DNA from: a virus
Taxonomy: Duplodnaviria; Caudoviricetes
IMG/VR virus record: IMGVR_UViG_3300030102_000228
Coordinates: 1-61,783 of that record
Strand: one strand, 5' to 3'
DNA: 61,783 nt
Shown: piece by piece, positions 47,421 through 56,772 of the stretch
Numbering within the stretch: position 1 is the stretch's first letter
Layout: each line of letters starts with the position of its first letter
Notes under the pieces: model-generated
Database searches by the model: none
Seen by the model: only the letters and a program-made list of their open reading frames with translations
Told to the model about the DNA's origin: nothing
Translations under genes and position numbers: made by a program

Positions 47421-47455
47421 CCCCCTACTGTTTTGCGATGGCAGTAGGGGGTTTT
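47421..47455 (+). terminator. Terminator at the convergence of the two arms
   Basis: CCCCCTACTG/CAGTAGGGGG stem plus TTTT. Confidence 0.8.
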
Positions 47456-47457
47456 CC

Positions 47458-50400
47458 TTAGCCCCACCGATCGGAGAGTTCTTGTATATATCTTCTGTTT
47501 GTAGGGCTTATAGTGACCCCGTTGTGCATTTTTGCAGAAGATTTTCTATGCTGTTTGATAGACCGAATAACCATATTCATGTCAATAACAGCATCAGGGT
47601 TTTTACGGCTAAACTTTCTATTAAATTTACCTATTTCTTCTATGGCTTTGAGCCGCCCAGAGTGATCCCCTCTACGTATCGCTATGTACAACCTACGTAA
47701 AAGCTTTGTGCGTTGAGTTACAATTTTACGGTCTATGTTTTTTAAGACCTGATTACGTTCTTGCTCAAAAGTATACCTAGTTGGAGCAAACCCAAACAGT
47801 TGACCTAAAAGTTCTCCTGCTGTGATATCATCAACTATAGGATCACCTCGTCTGGTAAGTATCTCTCCATCTCTAGCATATCTGCCAAAAGTACTTTTGA
47901 GTGCATTTGCAACGGCTGGAGGCAGTAAGTTTTCGATACCACGTTCAAACTCCCCTTCAGATAAGTCTTCAGCGGCTCGTTCAAACCTTTTGTATGTGCT
48001 GCCAGCAGGGCCAAACAATACTCTAAACAAAAACTCTTCTGTACTTTCGTTTTGTGCAAACCTGTTCTCTTGAAATATAAGACCTGATAGCTTCGTACGT
48101 GTAGCTACGTCTACTGGCACTCCTACAGCCGCCAATAGTTGGTTAAGTCCACCTTTGTAAAATCCTTCTCCGATATAATTTCTAACTATTGTATCGAAGT
48201 CTTCATCGTCATCTTCTCCAAACAAAAAGTCAAACAGCCCAAATATAGACTTAACAACTCCGTATATAGGCACTCCATGTATGCCTGAGAATAGTGCAGC
48301 AGAGCCGTGTACAGCTATTAGCTGTTTGAAAGCCTGACTTCGTAATTGTGGGTCTATGTCAGAATCCAGCACACGAGCCAAACTTTTTAGCATCGTGTAG
48401 TACATATTTGCACCGTAAGTCTTATACATAAGTGCTACACGACCAATATTTTGTTGAGTTATTCTAGGTGCAGTTTCGATTGCCAGCCCACCATTCAGTT
48501 GCTCTGCTTGATAAAGAGCTTCTTGTGCGGCTAGTGTATCTTTTTGTGCATCAGTTAAATCTTTAGTGTTAAAGAACTTACCTTGTGTTTCAGAATATAT
48601 CCTAGCTTCTGAGTCCATAGCGTCTCTGTTTAACTTATAGTTGGAAAACAGAACTGTCTGACGGTTATATTTTTCTACGAAATTAAAGCCCATGGCAGAG
48701 ACTTGTGTAATCTTATCAGGAAGATTGGCTTCTCTACCGCCTTCATTTACACCGAGAACATCTAGTAGGTAAGAACGCCCAAGATACCCACGCTCTGCGG
48801 CTTCTTTTACTGCTGGTATGAAATACTGCAACCTTTCACGCATCTCAGGTGTTAGGTTCAAACCTTCTTTGAGCGTATAGTTACCGTTTTTATCAATATT
48901 ATAAAAGTCGTTTACCTGTTCTACACCACCTACCCCTGGCAGGAGTGTGTTAGCTAAAGATGCACCTTGTTTGAGAGCTGCTGTGGATGCAGACCAACCA
49001 TGTTTTACAGCCATGTATGGCAAGGCAAACAGTGGTATCTGTGAAGAGTTAACAACGGCAGAAGATATGTTAAATCCAATAGTATAGTTAAACGCAAATT
49101 GGTTTGCGCCTACAGCTAACCTTTCAAGAAACGGGAAGCTAGCTCCGTAGTTTGCAAAGTACAGCCGCTTCTGAATCTCGTTTATCATCTCTAGTTCGTT
49201 AACAAATCTGTCTTTTGCTTTGCCCGCTAGAGTAGTGCCACCTCTGCCTTGTTGACGAGGTAGTTTTTCTATGTCTGATAGCATAGACTCTAACTCACGG
49301 TATTTAGCTGCATATTCTAGCTTTACTGCTTGTCTGCCTATATCAAAAGCTTTTGTTTTAACCCCTATTAACGAGTCTTCTATATATCCTGTGACGTTTT
49401 TACGTTTTTGTAAGGATTTAGCAAATGAAGATTCTGGCAGTGCGTCCAAGAACAGCCGCATAAATGCTTCTCTTGCTTCTGCGCTAACGTTATTAGCGTC
49501 TAGCACTTGCAGTGTTTCCCCTACAAAACTAGCTGGCGGTGCATCTTTAAAGCTTTTACCAAGTCTATCCCCACTATCTATGTTTAAAGTTGTTACACCT
49601 TCTTTTTCTTCTGCCAACTGTTTGGCACGTTCTCTTGCGCTAGGACTATCAAATGCAACAACCACACGAGCTTCTGACGGGTCCGCTGGTTGTGAGTCTG
49701 TAATCTCTAGTATGTACTTGCCCTTACGCACCAACGGGAAATATACCTCCAACTTGCTTTTTTGAAACAGTTGCTGGTACACGTTTTTCTTAAGTCTTTT
49801 GTTACTTTTGCTGTCAGGTACGAGTCTATCAATCTCACCATATATGGCTTTGCGTAGCTTCTCGTACTGCCCTTCGTAGAGTTTACGCATCTCGTTAAAA
49901 TATTTGTGTCCGTCTGGCCCCATGTCTCGCCAATCTTTACGCTGACTTTTCCAAATCTGTTGCAGATTATTACCGCTCGAATCAAACTTGGGCTTGCCAT
50001 CTTTTTTAGTTGTGTAGTGTGATTCTGGCTTGTTTGGGTCTACTTGGAATATAGTCGCACCGTATTGCGTGCTATATATTAGTCTGTCCATAGCTGCTTT
50101 CTTGTTGGGGTTATTTGTACTCCAATTAGCAAACCTTTCTGTAAAGTCACGTACTTCTTTGTCAGAGGCTTGGATAGCTCCTCTCTGTCTTTCAATTGTT
50201 TCATGCGCCATCCTTGCTACTTTACCCAACCGTTCACTTACTCTAGACGCTACGTCTCCTATAGATTTAGTGCCAAGAGTGCTTAGTAAGAACCTGTTGA
50301 CCATCTTATTGCCTTCGTACAGGAACTTAGCAATATTATCAGCGTGTCTCTGGCGTGTTACGGAAGGCTTGGAGTTTATGTTCTGTTGTGCATCACGCAT

Positions 50401-53400
50401 TTCATTCAGAATTTGACGTACTCCATTCGGCCCAGAGGCCATAGATAAAGCTCCTGCATCTCTAGTATCAGGAGATGGAGCAAGTAAAGCATCTGATATT
50501 TTGTCAAAATTATCTTTTGCAGACTCGATGGATTTGGAGTCCAGACCAATTATGTTACGTAAGAGGTTAGTAACAGTGTTTATAAACCGCTGTAATGCTG
50601 TTATCGGAGAGCCGTTTGGATTTATACCTGCTAACTTGGATTGAAACTTAGCATTTGCAAAAGCTTCTGCGACAAATTCATCCACATTTTGCCCGCCATA
50701 ATATGAATCTAAACTATCCTTTACCTCGTTGAACAACTTGGTCAGTTGTTTTGTGACTGGATGTGATTTGTTTGCTAGCGTGGCACTAGTAGCAGCGTGC
50801 GCCATTTCATGTAGTAGTGTATGCGTGTTCAAGCCCGCTTCTGAATCTAGAGTTATGGTATTTGTTTTGGGGTCAAACTGCCCTGCTGACATAAAGCCTT
50901 GGTCATCTAAAAGAATATCGGTGACTTCTAGCTTTGTTGTGCCAACATATCTGGCTAGCTTTGATGCTAGCTGCCTAACATCTTTTGATGAGGTAGTTAC
51001 ACTCAGTGCTCTAAGCGCCTCAAGAAGTTTACCTTGTGCAAGTAAGTTTTTCACTTGTGGATGCAATGGTGTATCTAGCTCTACTGAGTCTACACGCAAC
51101 GCATCAGGTAAGAAATCCTCAATAGCTTGCTCAGTTACGTTAAAATCTATGTCTGGGTTTTCAGCACGTAAAGCCCTTAGTGCATCTCTGTCAGCTTTGC
51201 TTAGAGCAGCTTCGTCCTCCGCAGTTTCTTTTTCCGTCTGCGCTTGATCCGCAGCAAATATTTTCTGTTCTCGTACCTGCTGGTCTCTGCTGCGTTCTAC
51301 ATCAATAGCACCTGCTTCTGATTTGTCTATACGCTGCTGTCCACGTAGTAAGCTTCGATTGACTTCTATAAGCCCTCTTAATTGAGCTTTTACTTCTGGG
51401 CTTAAATTAGTAAGTACCCACCTAATCGCATTTCTTGCTGTCTTGCCGCCTTTTTGGTCAAAGTATTCACGCTCGCCTTTGGACATATTTGGTTCAGCAC
51501 GGAATGTAGGATCTGCAAACACAGCTTCCTGTGCCATAGCATCAAGAGCATCGGCAGGGTCTTGTTGCCTACTAAAATATATTTTAGCGGCTCTTGCTCT
51601 TTCATCTGCTTCAGTTCCTTTTGCGCTGCCTTTGGCTTGCTTACTTCTCTTTTCCTTTAGTTTTGTTGTAATTAACCTTAAAATTTTAAAGTTATCGTCT
51701 GCACTCAGAGCCTTATCAAAATTAACTGTTTGCTCTTCGCCAGTTTTTTGATCTACATAAGAGGCTTTTTGTTTGGATTTATCCGCAAACGGAGCAGTAT
51801 AAAACTCTAGCTTACCTGTGTCATCTCTAACTTCTTTAGTGGCTACACTTGCTTCTAGCTGTTCTCTGCCTTCTTTCAGTCTTTTAGCCTTCTTTACGCC
51901 CTCCTTTATACCTGACAGTGCCTGCACTTCAGATCTTAGTTTCTGCTTTGAGGTGCGTTTGTTAGCTTTTTCTTGTTTTTCTTGTAGTTTTTTCGAGGCT
52001 TCTTTAACGTCTGGCTGTGTTATTTCTTCTCTGTATGGAGTTTTAGCGGTTGTTTCTTTTATCTTCCTTAATTTAGGAGCTGGAGTTGCTTTTACAGTTT
52101 CAGCTATTTGTTTCTCAAGAGATATTTGCTCAGGTGTTTTAGGTGCAGTGTCTTCTCTTTGATCTGCAGGGAATCGTATTGCATCCATTTCGGTAAACAC
52201 TTTGTCTACCTGTTCTATGGTTTTAGCTTTATTCCATTTATTCTGCCAGAATTGGAGTTGTGTCTGGTCTTTATCTGCTGGCATCTCTCGCTTGGCTACT
52301 TGAAACTCTTCTTCTAGTGCAGCTTTATACCCATCAACATTCTTAGTTTGACGCAAACGGTTTATATCTGCATCTGCCTGTCTATCTTGTCGAATAGCTT
52401 CTGGGCTACCTGCAATCGGATCGCCGCTTTCTTTCCGCTCTTGTATTTGTTCAGCGGTTGGGCGTTCTTGTGTAACATCTTTTGGTGTAGTTGGTGTAGT
52501 TATGGGCACCTGGGGTTCACGTTGTTGCTCTACAGCTTCTGGTTGTTTGGCTGCGGCTACTGGTGTTTCGGGCTGAGGCACTCCTAATGCTTGAGCTAAA
52601 TCTTTATCCACGTTTAGTGGAGTTGTGTCGATTCTTTCTCTTCCATCAATTCGCTCAGGAGGTGGTTCAAGGCGATCCAATCGCAAATCTTGAGGTGCTT
52701 CAGGTGTTTCGGGAACCTCCGTAGCGGGGGTAGTCCGTTCCACGCCCAGTATATCATCTTCAGTGCTAACTCTAGGTCTTTCTTCGGTAGGTCTGGTACG
52801 TAGAGGATCTCCTCCTCTATCTCCATCATCTCGTCCTGTGGGTCGTACATCTGTATCTCCTTCGCGAGTTTCGGCAGCAGTGAGCCTCTGTATAGCTTCG
52901 AGGGCGTCCTCTTCTCTTTGCGGTGATATGGTAGATGCTTGTGCGCTAGGCGAAAGAATATCAGTTACGAGATCTACAAACGATGGTTCTCCTGCTACTT
53001 GTTCAGGTGTAGCTGGTGTTTCAACTGTGGGCGTAGCAGCTACCTCTTGAGTAATCTGCTCGATTGTGGGTGCGGCTACACCTTTTGCATTGAGGCGGTT
53101 TATTGCCTCTAATGTTGTTTGTTGTGCTTTTTCTGCATCTTCTGTAAGTGGTGCAGGTGTAGGTGTTTCTGTGACAGGTGTAGTGGGTGGAGTATCTAGT
53201 GTTGGTTCTTGTCTAGTATCTTCTGTTACATCTGCGCTACGAGTTCTACCTTTTATAAACAGGTCAGCAACTGCTTGAACTATAGCACCAGATCCACCTC
53301 CAGCTATGCCTTCATCAATTAACCCTGCATCTGTCAGTGCTTTTGTAGGGTTGTAGCCCTGTTCGACTGCGTTTTGTAATATGCCCGCAGTCATCTCTTG

Positions 53401-54198
53401 CGCTGCTTCCATACCACCTGTAGCACCTGCACTACGTATTCTCTGTCCTATATTACGTAAAAATGTGTCTGCATTTATGTCACCACTTATGGCTTCAGCA
53501 AACTTATTAAGGCCAGGAATTTTAAGTATTCTAGCAAACGGCAGCGCTTCTAATACGCCTATGCCCATACCTTTTAGTTCTGCTAGACCTTCTTGCTCAT
53601 TTGAAACGTCAAAGCCAGCTTTTCTTGCTTCTCTGACTCTTTGGCTAGCCTCACCAGCACCAGCAGCCATGCCGAGGGCTGTGCCACCAATTAATGTAGC
53701 TGCCGTTGCCGAAACTGGAGCAAAGAGTGCTAATACTGCAGGAGTAAAAAATGCACCGATAGAGCCAAGACCTGACCCAATCAGATACTCTATATCATCG
53801 CGTCTAGCGGTATCGTATCTAGTAGCCTCTCTAGCTTCATCTATTATCTGCTCCATCTTCCGCTCTGCGTCTTCGGGCAGTAGAGAAGCTGCACCTTCAG
53901 CAGCTGTTAAACCTGTGCCAAGATAACCTTCTACAATGCCTTTTTTAGCTGTAGAAAAGAAACCTTCTTCGTCTAACAGGCGTTTACGTTTAGCAGCTTC
54001 AGCAAGTCGCAGGTCTGTAGCTAACTGATCTTCAAAAGCTTTGTCTTCATCTATTCTACTTTGTGCAACTGAGGCAGCGGCAGTTTCCGCTAAATAGCCT
54101 TGTAAAGCATCTATTAGATCTGATTCTCGTGCGTTTTCTGGCCCTTCAATTTCGTAAATTTCACCATCTGGACCCTCTAGTTCGTATATACGATCCAT
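47458..54198 (-). CDS. Giant internal virion/ejection protein with zincin-like peptidase and PLxRxG motifs
   Basis: 2246 aa; TLLHEMAH...DEFVAEA; YFPLVRKG; last late gene. Confidence 0.75.
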   Translation of the reverse strand: MDRIYELEGPDGEIYEIEGPENARESDLIDALQGYLAETAAASVAQSRIDEDKAFEDQLATDLRLAEAAKRKRLLDEEGFFSTAKKGIVEGYLGTGLTAAEGAASLLPEDAERKMEQIIDEAREATRYDTARRDDIEYLIGSGLGSIGAFFTPAVLALFAPVSATAATLIGGTALGMAAGAGEASQRVREARKAGFDVSNEQEGLAELKGMGIGVLEALPFARILKIPGLNKFAEAISGDINADTFLRNIGQRIRSAGATGGMEAAQEMTAGILQNAVEQGYNPTKALTDAGLIDEGIAGGGSGAIVQAVADLFIKGRTRSADVTEDTRQEPTLDTPPTTPVTETPTPAPLTEDAEKAQQTTLEAINRLNAKGVAAPTIEQITQEVAATPTVETPATPEQVAGEPSFVDLVTDILSPSAQASTISPQREEDALEAIQRLTAAETREGDTDVRPTGRDDGDRGGDPLRTRPTEERPRVSTEDDILGVERTTPATEVPETPEAPQDLRLDRLEPPPERIDGRERIDTTPLNVDKDLAQALGVPQPETPVAAAKQPEAVEQQREPQVPITTPTTPKDVTQERPTAEQIQERKESGDPIAGSPEAIRQDRQADADINRLRQTKNVDGYKAALEEEFQVAKREMPADKDQTQLQFWQNKWNKAKTIEQVDKVFTEMDAIRFPADQREDTAPKTPEQISLEKQIAETVKATPAPKLRKIKETTAKTPYREEITQPDVKEASKKLQEKQEKANKRTSKQKLRSEVQALSGIKEGVKKAKRLKEGREQLEASVATKEVRDDTGKLEFYTAPFADKSKQKASYVDQKTGEEQTVNFDKALSADDNFKILRLITTKLKEKRSKQAKGSAKGTEADERARAAKIYFSRQQDPADALDAMAQEAVFADPTFRAEPNMSKGEREYFDQKGGKTARNAIRWVLTNLSPEVKAQLRGLIEVNRSLLRGQQRIDKSEAGAIDVERSRDQQVREQKIFAADQAQTEKETAEDEAALSKADRDALRALRAENPDIDFNVTEQAIEDFLPDALRVDSVELDTPLHPQVKNLLAQGKLLEALRALSVTTSSKDVRQLASKLARYVGTTKLEVTDILLDDQGFMSAGQFDPKTNTITLDSEAGLNTHTLLHEMAHAATSATLANKSHPVTKQLTKLFNEVKDSLDSYYGGQNVDEFVAEAFANAKFQSKLAGINPNGSPITALQRFINTVTNLLRNIIGLDSKSIESAKDNFDKISDALLAPSPDTRDAGALSMASGPNGVRQILNEMRDAQQNINSKPSVTRQRHADNIAKFLYEGNKMVNRFLLSTLGTKSIGDVASRVSERLGKVARMAHETIERQRGAIQASDKEVRDFTERFANWSTNNPNKKAAMDRLIYSTQYGATIFQVDPNKPESHYTTKKDGKPKFDSSGNNLQQIWKSQRKDWRDMGPDGHKYFNEMRKLYEGQYEKLRKAIYGEIDRLVPDSKSNKRLKKNVYQQLFQKSKLEVYFPLVRKGKYILEITDSQPADPSEARVVVAFDSPSARERAKQLAEEKEGVTTLNIDSGDRLGKSFKDAPPASFVGETLQVLDANNVSAEAREAFMRLFLDALPESSFAKSLQKRKNVTGYIEDSLIGVKTKAFDIGRQAVKLEYAAKYRELESMLSDIEKLPRQQGRGGTTLAGKAKDRFVNELEMINEIQKRLYFANYGASFPFLERLAVGANQFAFNYTIGFNISSAVVNSSQIPLFALPYMAVKHGWSASTAALKQGASLANTLLPGVGGVEQVNDFYNIDKNGNYTLKEGLNLTPEMRERLQYFIPAVKEAAERGYLGRSYLLDVLGVNEGGREANLPDKITQVSAMGFNFVEKYNRQTVLFSNYKLNRDAMDSEARIYSETQGKFFNTKDLTDAQKDTLAAQEALYQAEQLNGGLAIETAPRITQQNIGRVALMYKTYGANMYYTMLKSLARVLDSDIDPQLRSQAFKQLIAVHGSAALFSGIHGVPIYGVVKSIFGLFDFLFGEDDDEDFDTIVRNYIGEGFYKGGLNQLLAAVGVPVDVATRTKLSGLIFQENRFAQNESTEEFLFRVLFGPAGSTYKRFERAAEDLSEGEFERGIENLLPPAVANALKSTFGRYARDGEILTRRGDPIVDDITAGELLGQLFGFAPTRYTFEQERNQVLKNIDRKIVTQRTKLLRRLYIAIRRGDHSGRLKAIEEIGKFNRKFSRKNPDAVIDMNMVIRSIKQHRKSSAKMHNGVTISPTNRRYIQELSDRWG

Positions 54199-54207
54199 AG
54201 TAGCTCC

Positions 54208-55794
54208 TTATGGTTTTTTACGTACTTTGAAATTGCTCTGTAAAATGTTTTTACGCATCCCTGTTAAGAACGCGAGTTCTTTATCCAGCTCTCGTGTTAC
54301 AGCTTTTTCTTTTTCTCTAAATCTTCTTTTTAGTTCATTAATAGCTTCTGTCTGCTTAGTTTCATCACCGCCGATTGTTGTAACATTTGCTATTTGCACT
54401 TCTAGATCTTCTTGAATACCTGCTAGAATTATACCTTTTCTTTGTGCTAAGTCATTTATACCGTTAGTTATGACTTGTAGCCTTCTAGATTTATCTTCTA
54501 TTCGGTTAGCTTCTTCTCTTATGTCGTTGAATCTCTGTTGGTATATGACTGTTTGATTGCCAATAAGTAATTTGTTTTGGTCTGAAACCCCATCCAAAAT
54601 TACTCTTAGCTGGTTAGCACGTTCCGCATCTTTTGACTCAGCGTTTCTTACATCAATCCTAAGCAGTCTTTCCATGTCTGCATTTGCATTCTCATCAAAC
54701 TGCTTCTGCATTGTGCTTAGAGCGTTAATTGATGTTCGTCTATCTGCAGCGGCATCACTTGCAGCGGCGCCAGCTTGTGCATCAGCAGCTTCTCTAATGT
54801 CTTGGCTTTTAGCTATAACATCTTTAAACGCTTTATCTCGTCTATTAAACAGCTCTGATGCACCTTTTTGCTGTGCAAGAGCTTCATTCAATGAGCCTGC
54901 AGCATATCCTGCACCAGTCAGACCTATTGTAGATTTACCAGCTCCCCCTATAAGACCCTTTTTTAGTCTGTTTTGGCGTAGTAATTCTGGGTCTAAGAAC
55001 TGCTCTTCTAACGCTTTACGCTCCCTGTTTAGGTCACTTATAGTTTTTGCTTCGGTAGGAGTGTAACCTATTCTAGACAGAGACTCATCGTATCTATCTG
55101 CGCTCGCCTGCTTTGGATCTGTCTGAAGAGCTGCTATGCCTGTTTTCAACTGCTCTGTAAAAGGATTTGCACTACGATCAATACTGTAGTTCTTTGCATC
55201 TAGTTGATCTGCTCCTTTTGGAAGTTGATCTAAATTAGGTTTAGCTAGCATATCAGGTGTAAGTATACCTGTTTCTAAAAACTGCTGAGTATCTATGTTT
55301 TTCTTAGCAGATCGTTGATCTAGCCTTTGCAGCAGCGCCAGTTTTTGTTCTCTAGGAATGTCTAAGTTTTGTATGCGTTCTACTTCTGCTTGGTAATCAT
55401 CTCCAAAACCAACAGACCCAGCAGTAGCAAAACCTACGATACCACCTTCTGCCATACCCATAGTTGGAGCGCGACCTGCAATACCTGTTTGAGCTACTCT
55501 CCGCAAATTACTTTGTTGTTGGGCTTGTTTTTGCCGCAGTGCGCTCCCTACACCTTGCGCCACTTGGTTCTGAGTAAGCCCCATTACCTCTCGTTCACGC
55601 TGTTGTTTTATGGTTGCAGGGTTCATCTGCAAAGACATATTAATCTGTTTAACAGCTTGTTCTTTTTCAGCTTTCAGTTGTTGCAGTGCAATAAGGTCTA
55701 TCAGATCTTTACTCATCTGATATCTGCGCTGAAGCAAATTAGGGTTGCTGCGGAATCTGTCTTTAAGATTGTTTACTTGTTGTGTTAACTGCAT
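54208..55794 (-). CDS. Internal virion protein (helical)
   Basis: 528 aa; MAEGGIVGF motif; coiled coils. Confidence 0.65.
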   Translation of the reverse strand: MQLTQQVNNLKDRFRSNPNLLQRRYQMSKDLIDLIALQQLKAEKEQAVKQINMSLQMNPATIKQQREREVMGLTQNQVAQGVGSALRQKQAQQQSNLRRVAQTGIAGRAPTMGMAEGGIVGFATAGSVGFGDDYQAEVERIQNLDIPREQKLALLQRLDQRSAKKNIDTQQFLETGILTPDMLAKPNLDQLPKGADQLDAKNYSIDRSANPFTEQLKTGIAALQTDPKQASADRYDESLSRIGYTPTEAKTISDLNRERKALEEQFLDPELLRQNRLKKGLIGGAGKSTIGLTGAGYAAGSLNEALAQQKGASELFNRRDKAFKDVIAKSQDIREAADAQAGAAASDAAADRRTSINALSTMQKQFDENANADMERLLRIDVRNAESKDAERANQLRVILDGVSDQNKLLIGNQTVIYQQRFNDIREEANRIEDKSRRLQVITNGINDLAQRKGIILAGIQEDLEVQIANVTTIGGDETKQTEAINELKRRFREKEKAVTRELDKELAFLTGMRKNILQSNFKVRKKP

Positions 55795-55805
55795 CTCACA
55801 AACCC

Positions 55806-56765
55806 CTAAGTAATAAGTTTATTAATATCAAATGTGTCTTCCTGTGGTTCGTCATCACTAAACAAACCTGTCACAAAGTCATAACCTTTACCAAACAGAT
55901 CATTTACAAACTCACTACCACCAAGCTGATCATACAAATCCATCAAACCACCAGCAGTACCTGATATTTCAGACAGTAAGCTAGGCTGTTGATAGCTATA
56001 ATTTTGCGCTGCAAGTGGTAGCCCCTGCAACAGAGACTGCATATACTGAACCTGTTTGTATGGAAAATCACGCTCTTCTTCAAACTGTCCACGGTCTGCT
56101 TTAATACCTTCGCTTTCAATACCACGCTGTATACCACCCAGATTTGACAGAGCAGATAATGCTGCTAGACCTTGATTTAGTTGTTGTCCTGATGCTGTCT
56201 GAAGTCTGTTTTGCTCAGTATTAAACTGCTGCTGCGCACGATTGAAGGCATCTCTATACCCCTGCCCTGTTATGCCAGCTAGATTAGACGCTAAGTTTCT
56301 AGCACCTTCAGATTCCATTATGGCTTGCCGAGAACCACCAAATGCACCTGCTCTAGTCAGCCTACCTGCATCCTGTACACGTTGTATTTCTGCTTGACGG
56401 CGAGCTTCATCAATCTGTGGCTGTAAAGCAGCAGTCAGATACGGGTTCATATACTGTGCAGCAACCCCTTCGTCTGTAAACGACTGTGGAGTGTAAGATA
56501 TATTTTCTGTTGGCATGGCTAGTGATGCAAGACCTGACGCAGCGTCAAAGGCTTGTTGCTGTAAGTCAGATGCTCCTGCAGTAAGAGGCCCAAGATAAGC
56601 TTGATATCCTTCGTTAGCCAAAGCCTGCCCACGCCCAAGCATATCGGTGACGTATGGACCAACATAATTTGATAGAGCGGATTCAGTACTCGTCTGCTTC
56701 CCGATTAAAGGATCAGTTACTGTTACTTCTTCGCCTACTTCAGTGCCTGTTGCTGTATCTGCCAT
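55806..56765 (-). CDS. Internal virion/DNA transfer protein
   Basis: QYMNPY...AGAFGGSRQ; Gln/Ala-rich. Confidence 0.7.
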   Translation of the reverse strand: MADTATGTEVGEEVTVTDPLIGKQTSTESALSNYVGPYVTDMLGRGQALANEGYQAYLGPLTAGASDLQQQAFDAASGLASLAMPTENISYTPQSFTDEGVAAQYMNPYLTAALQPQIDEARRQAEIQRVQDAGRLTRAGAFGGSRQAIMESEGARNLASNLAGITGQGYRDAFNRAQQQFNTEQNRLQTASGQQLNQGLAALSALSNLGGIQRGIESEGIKADRGQFEEERDFPYKQVQYMQSLLQGLPLAAQNYSYQQPSLLSEISGTAGGLMDLYDQLGGSEFVNDLFGKGYDFVTGLFSDDEPQEDTFDINKLIT

Positions 56766-56772
56766 ATCTACC

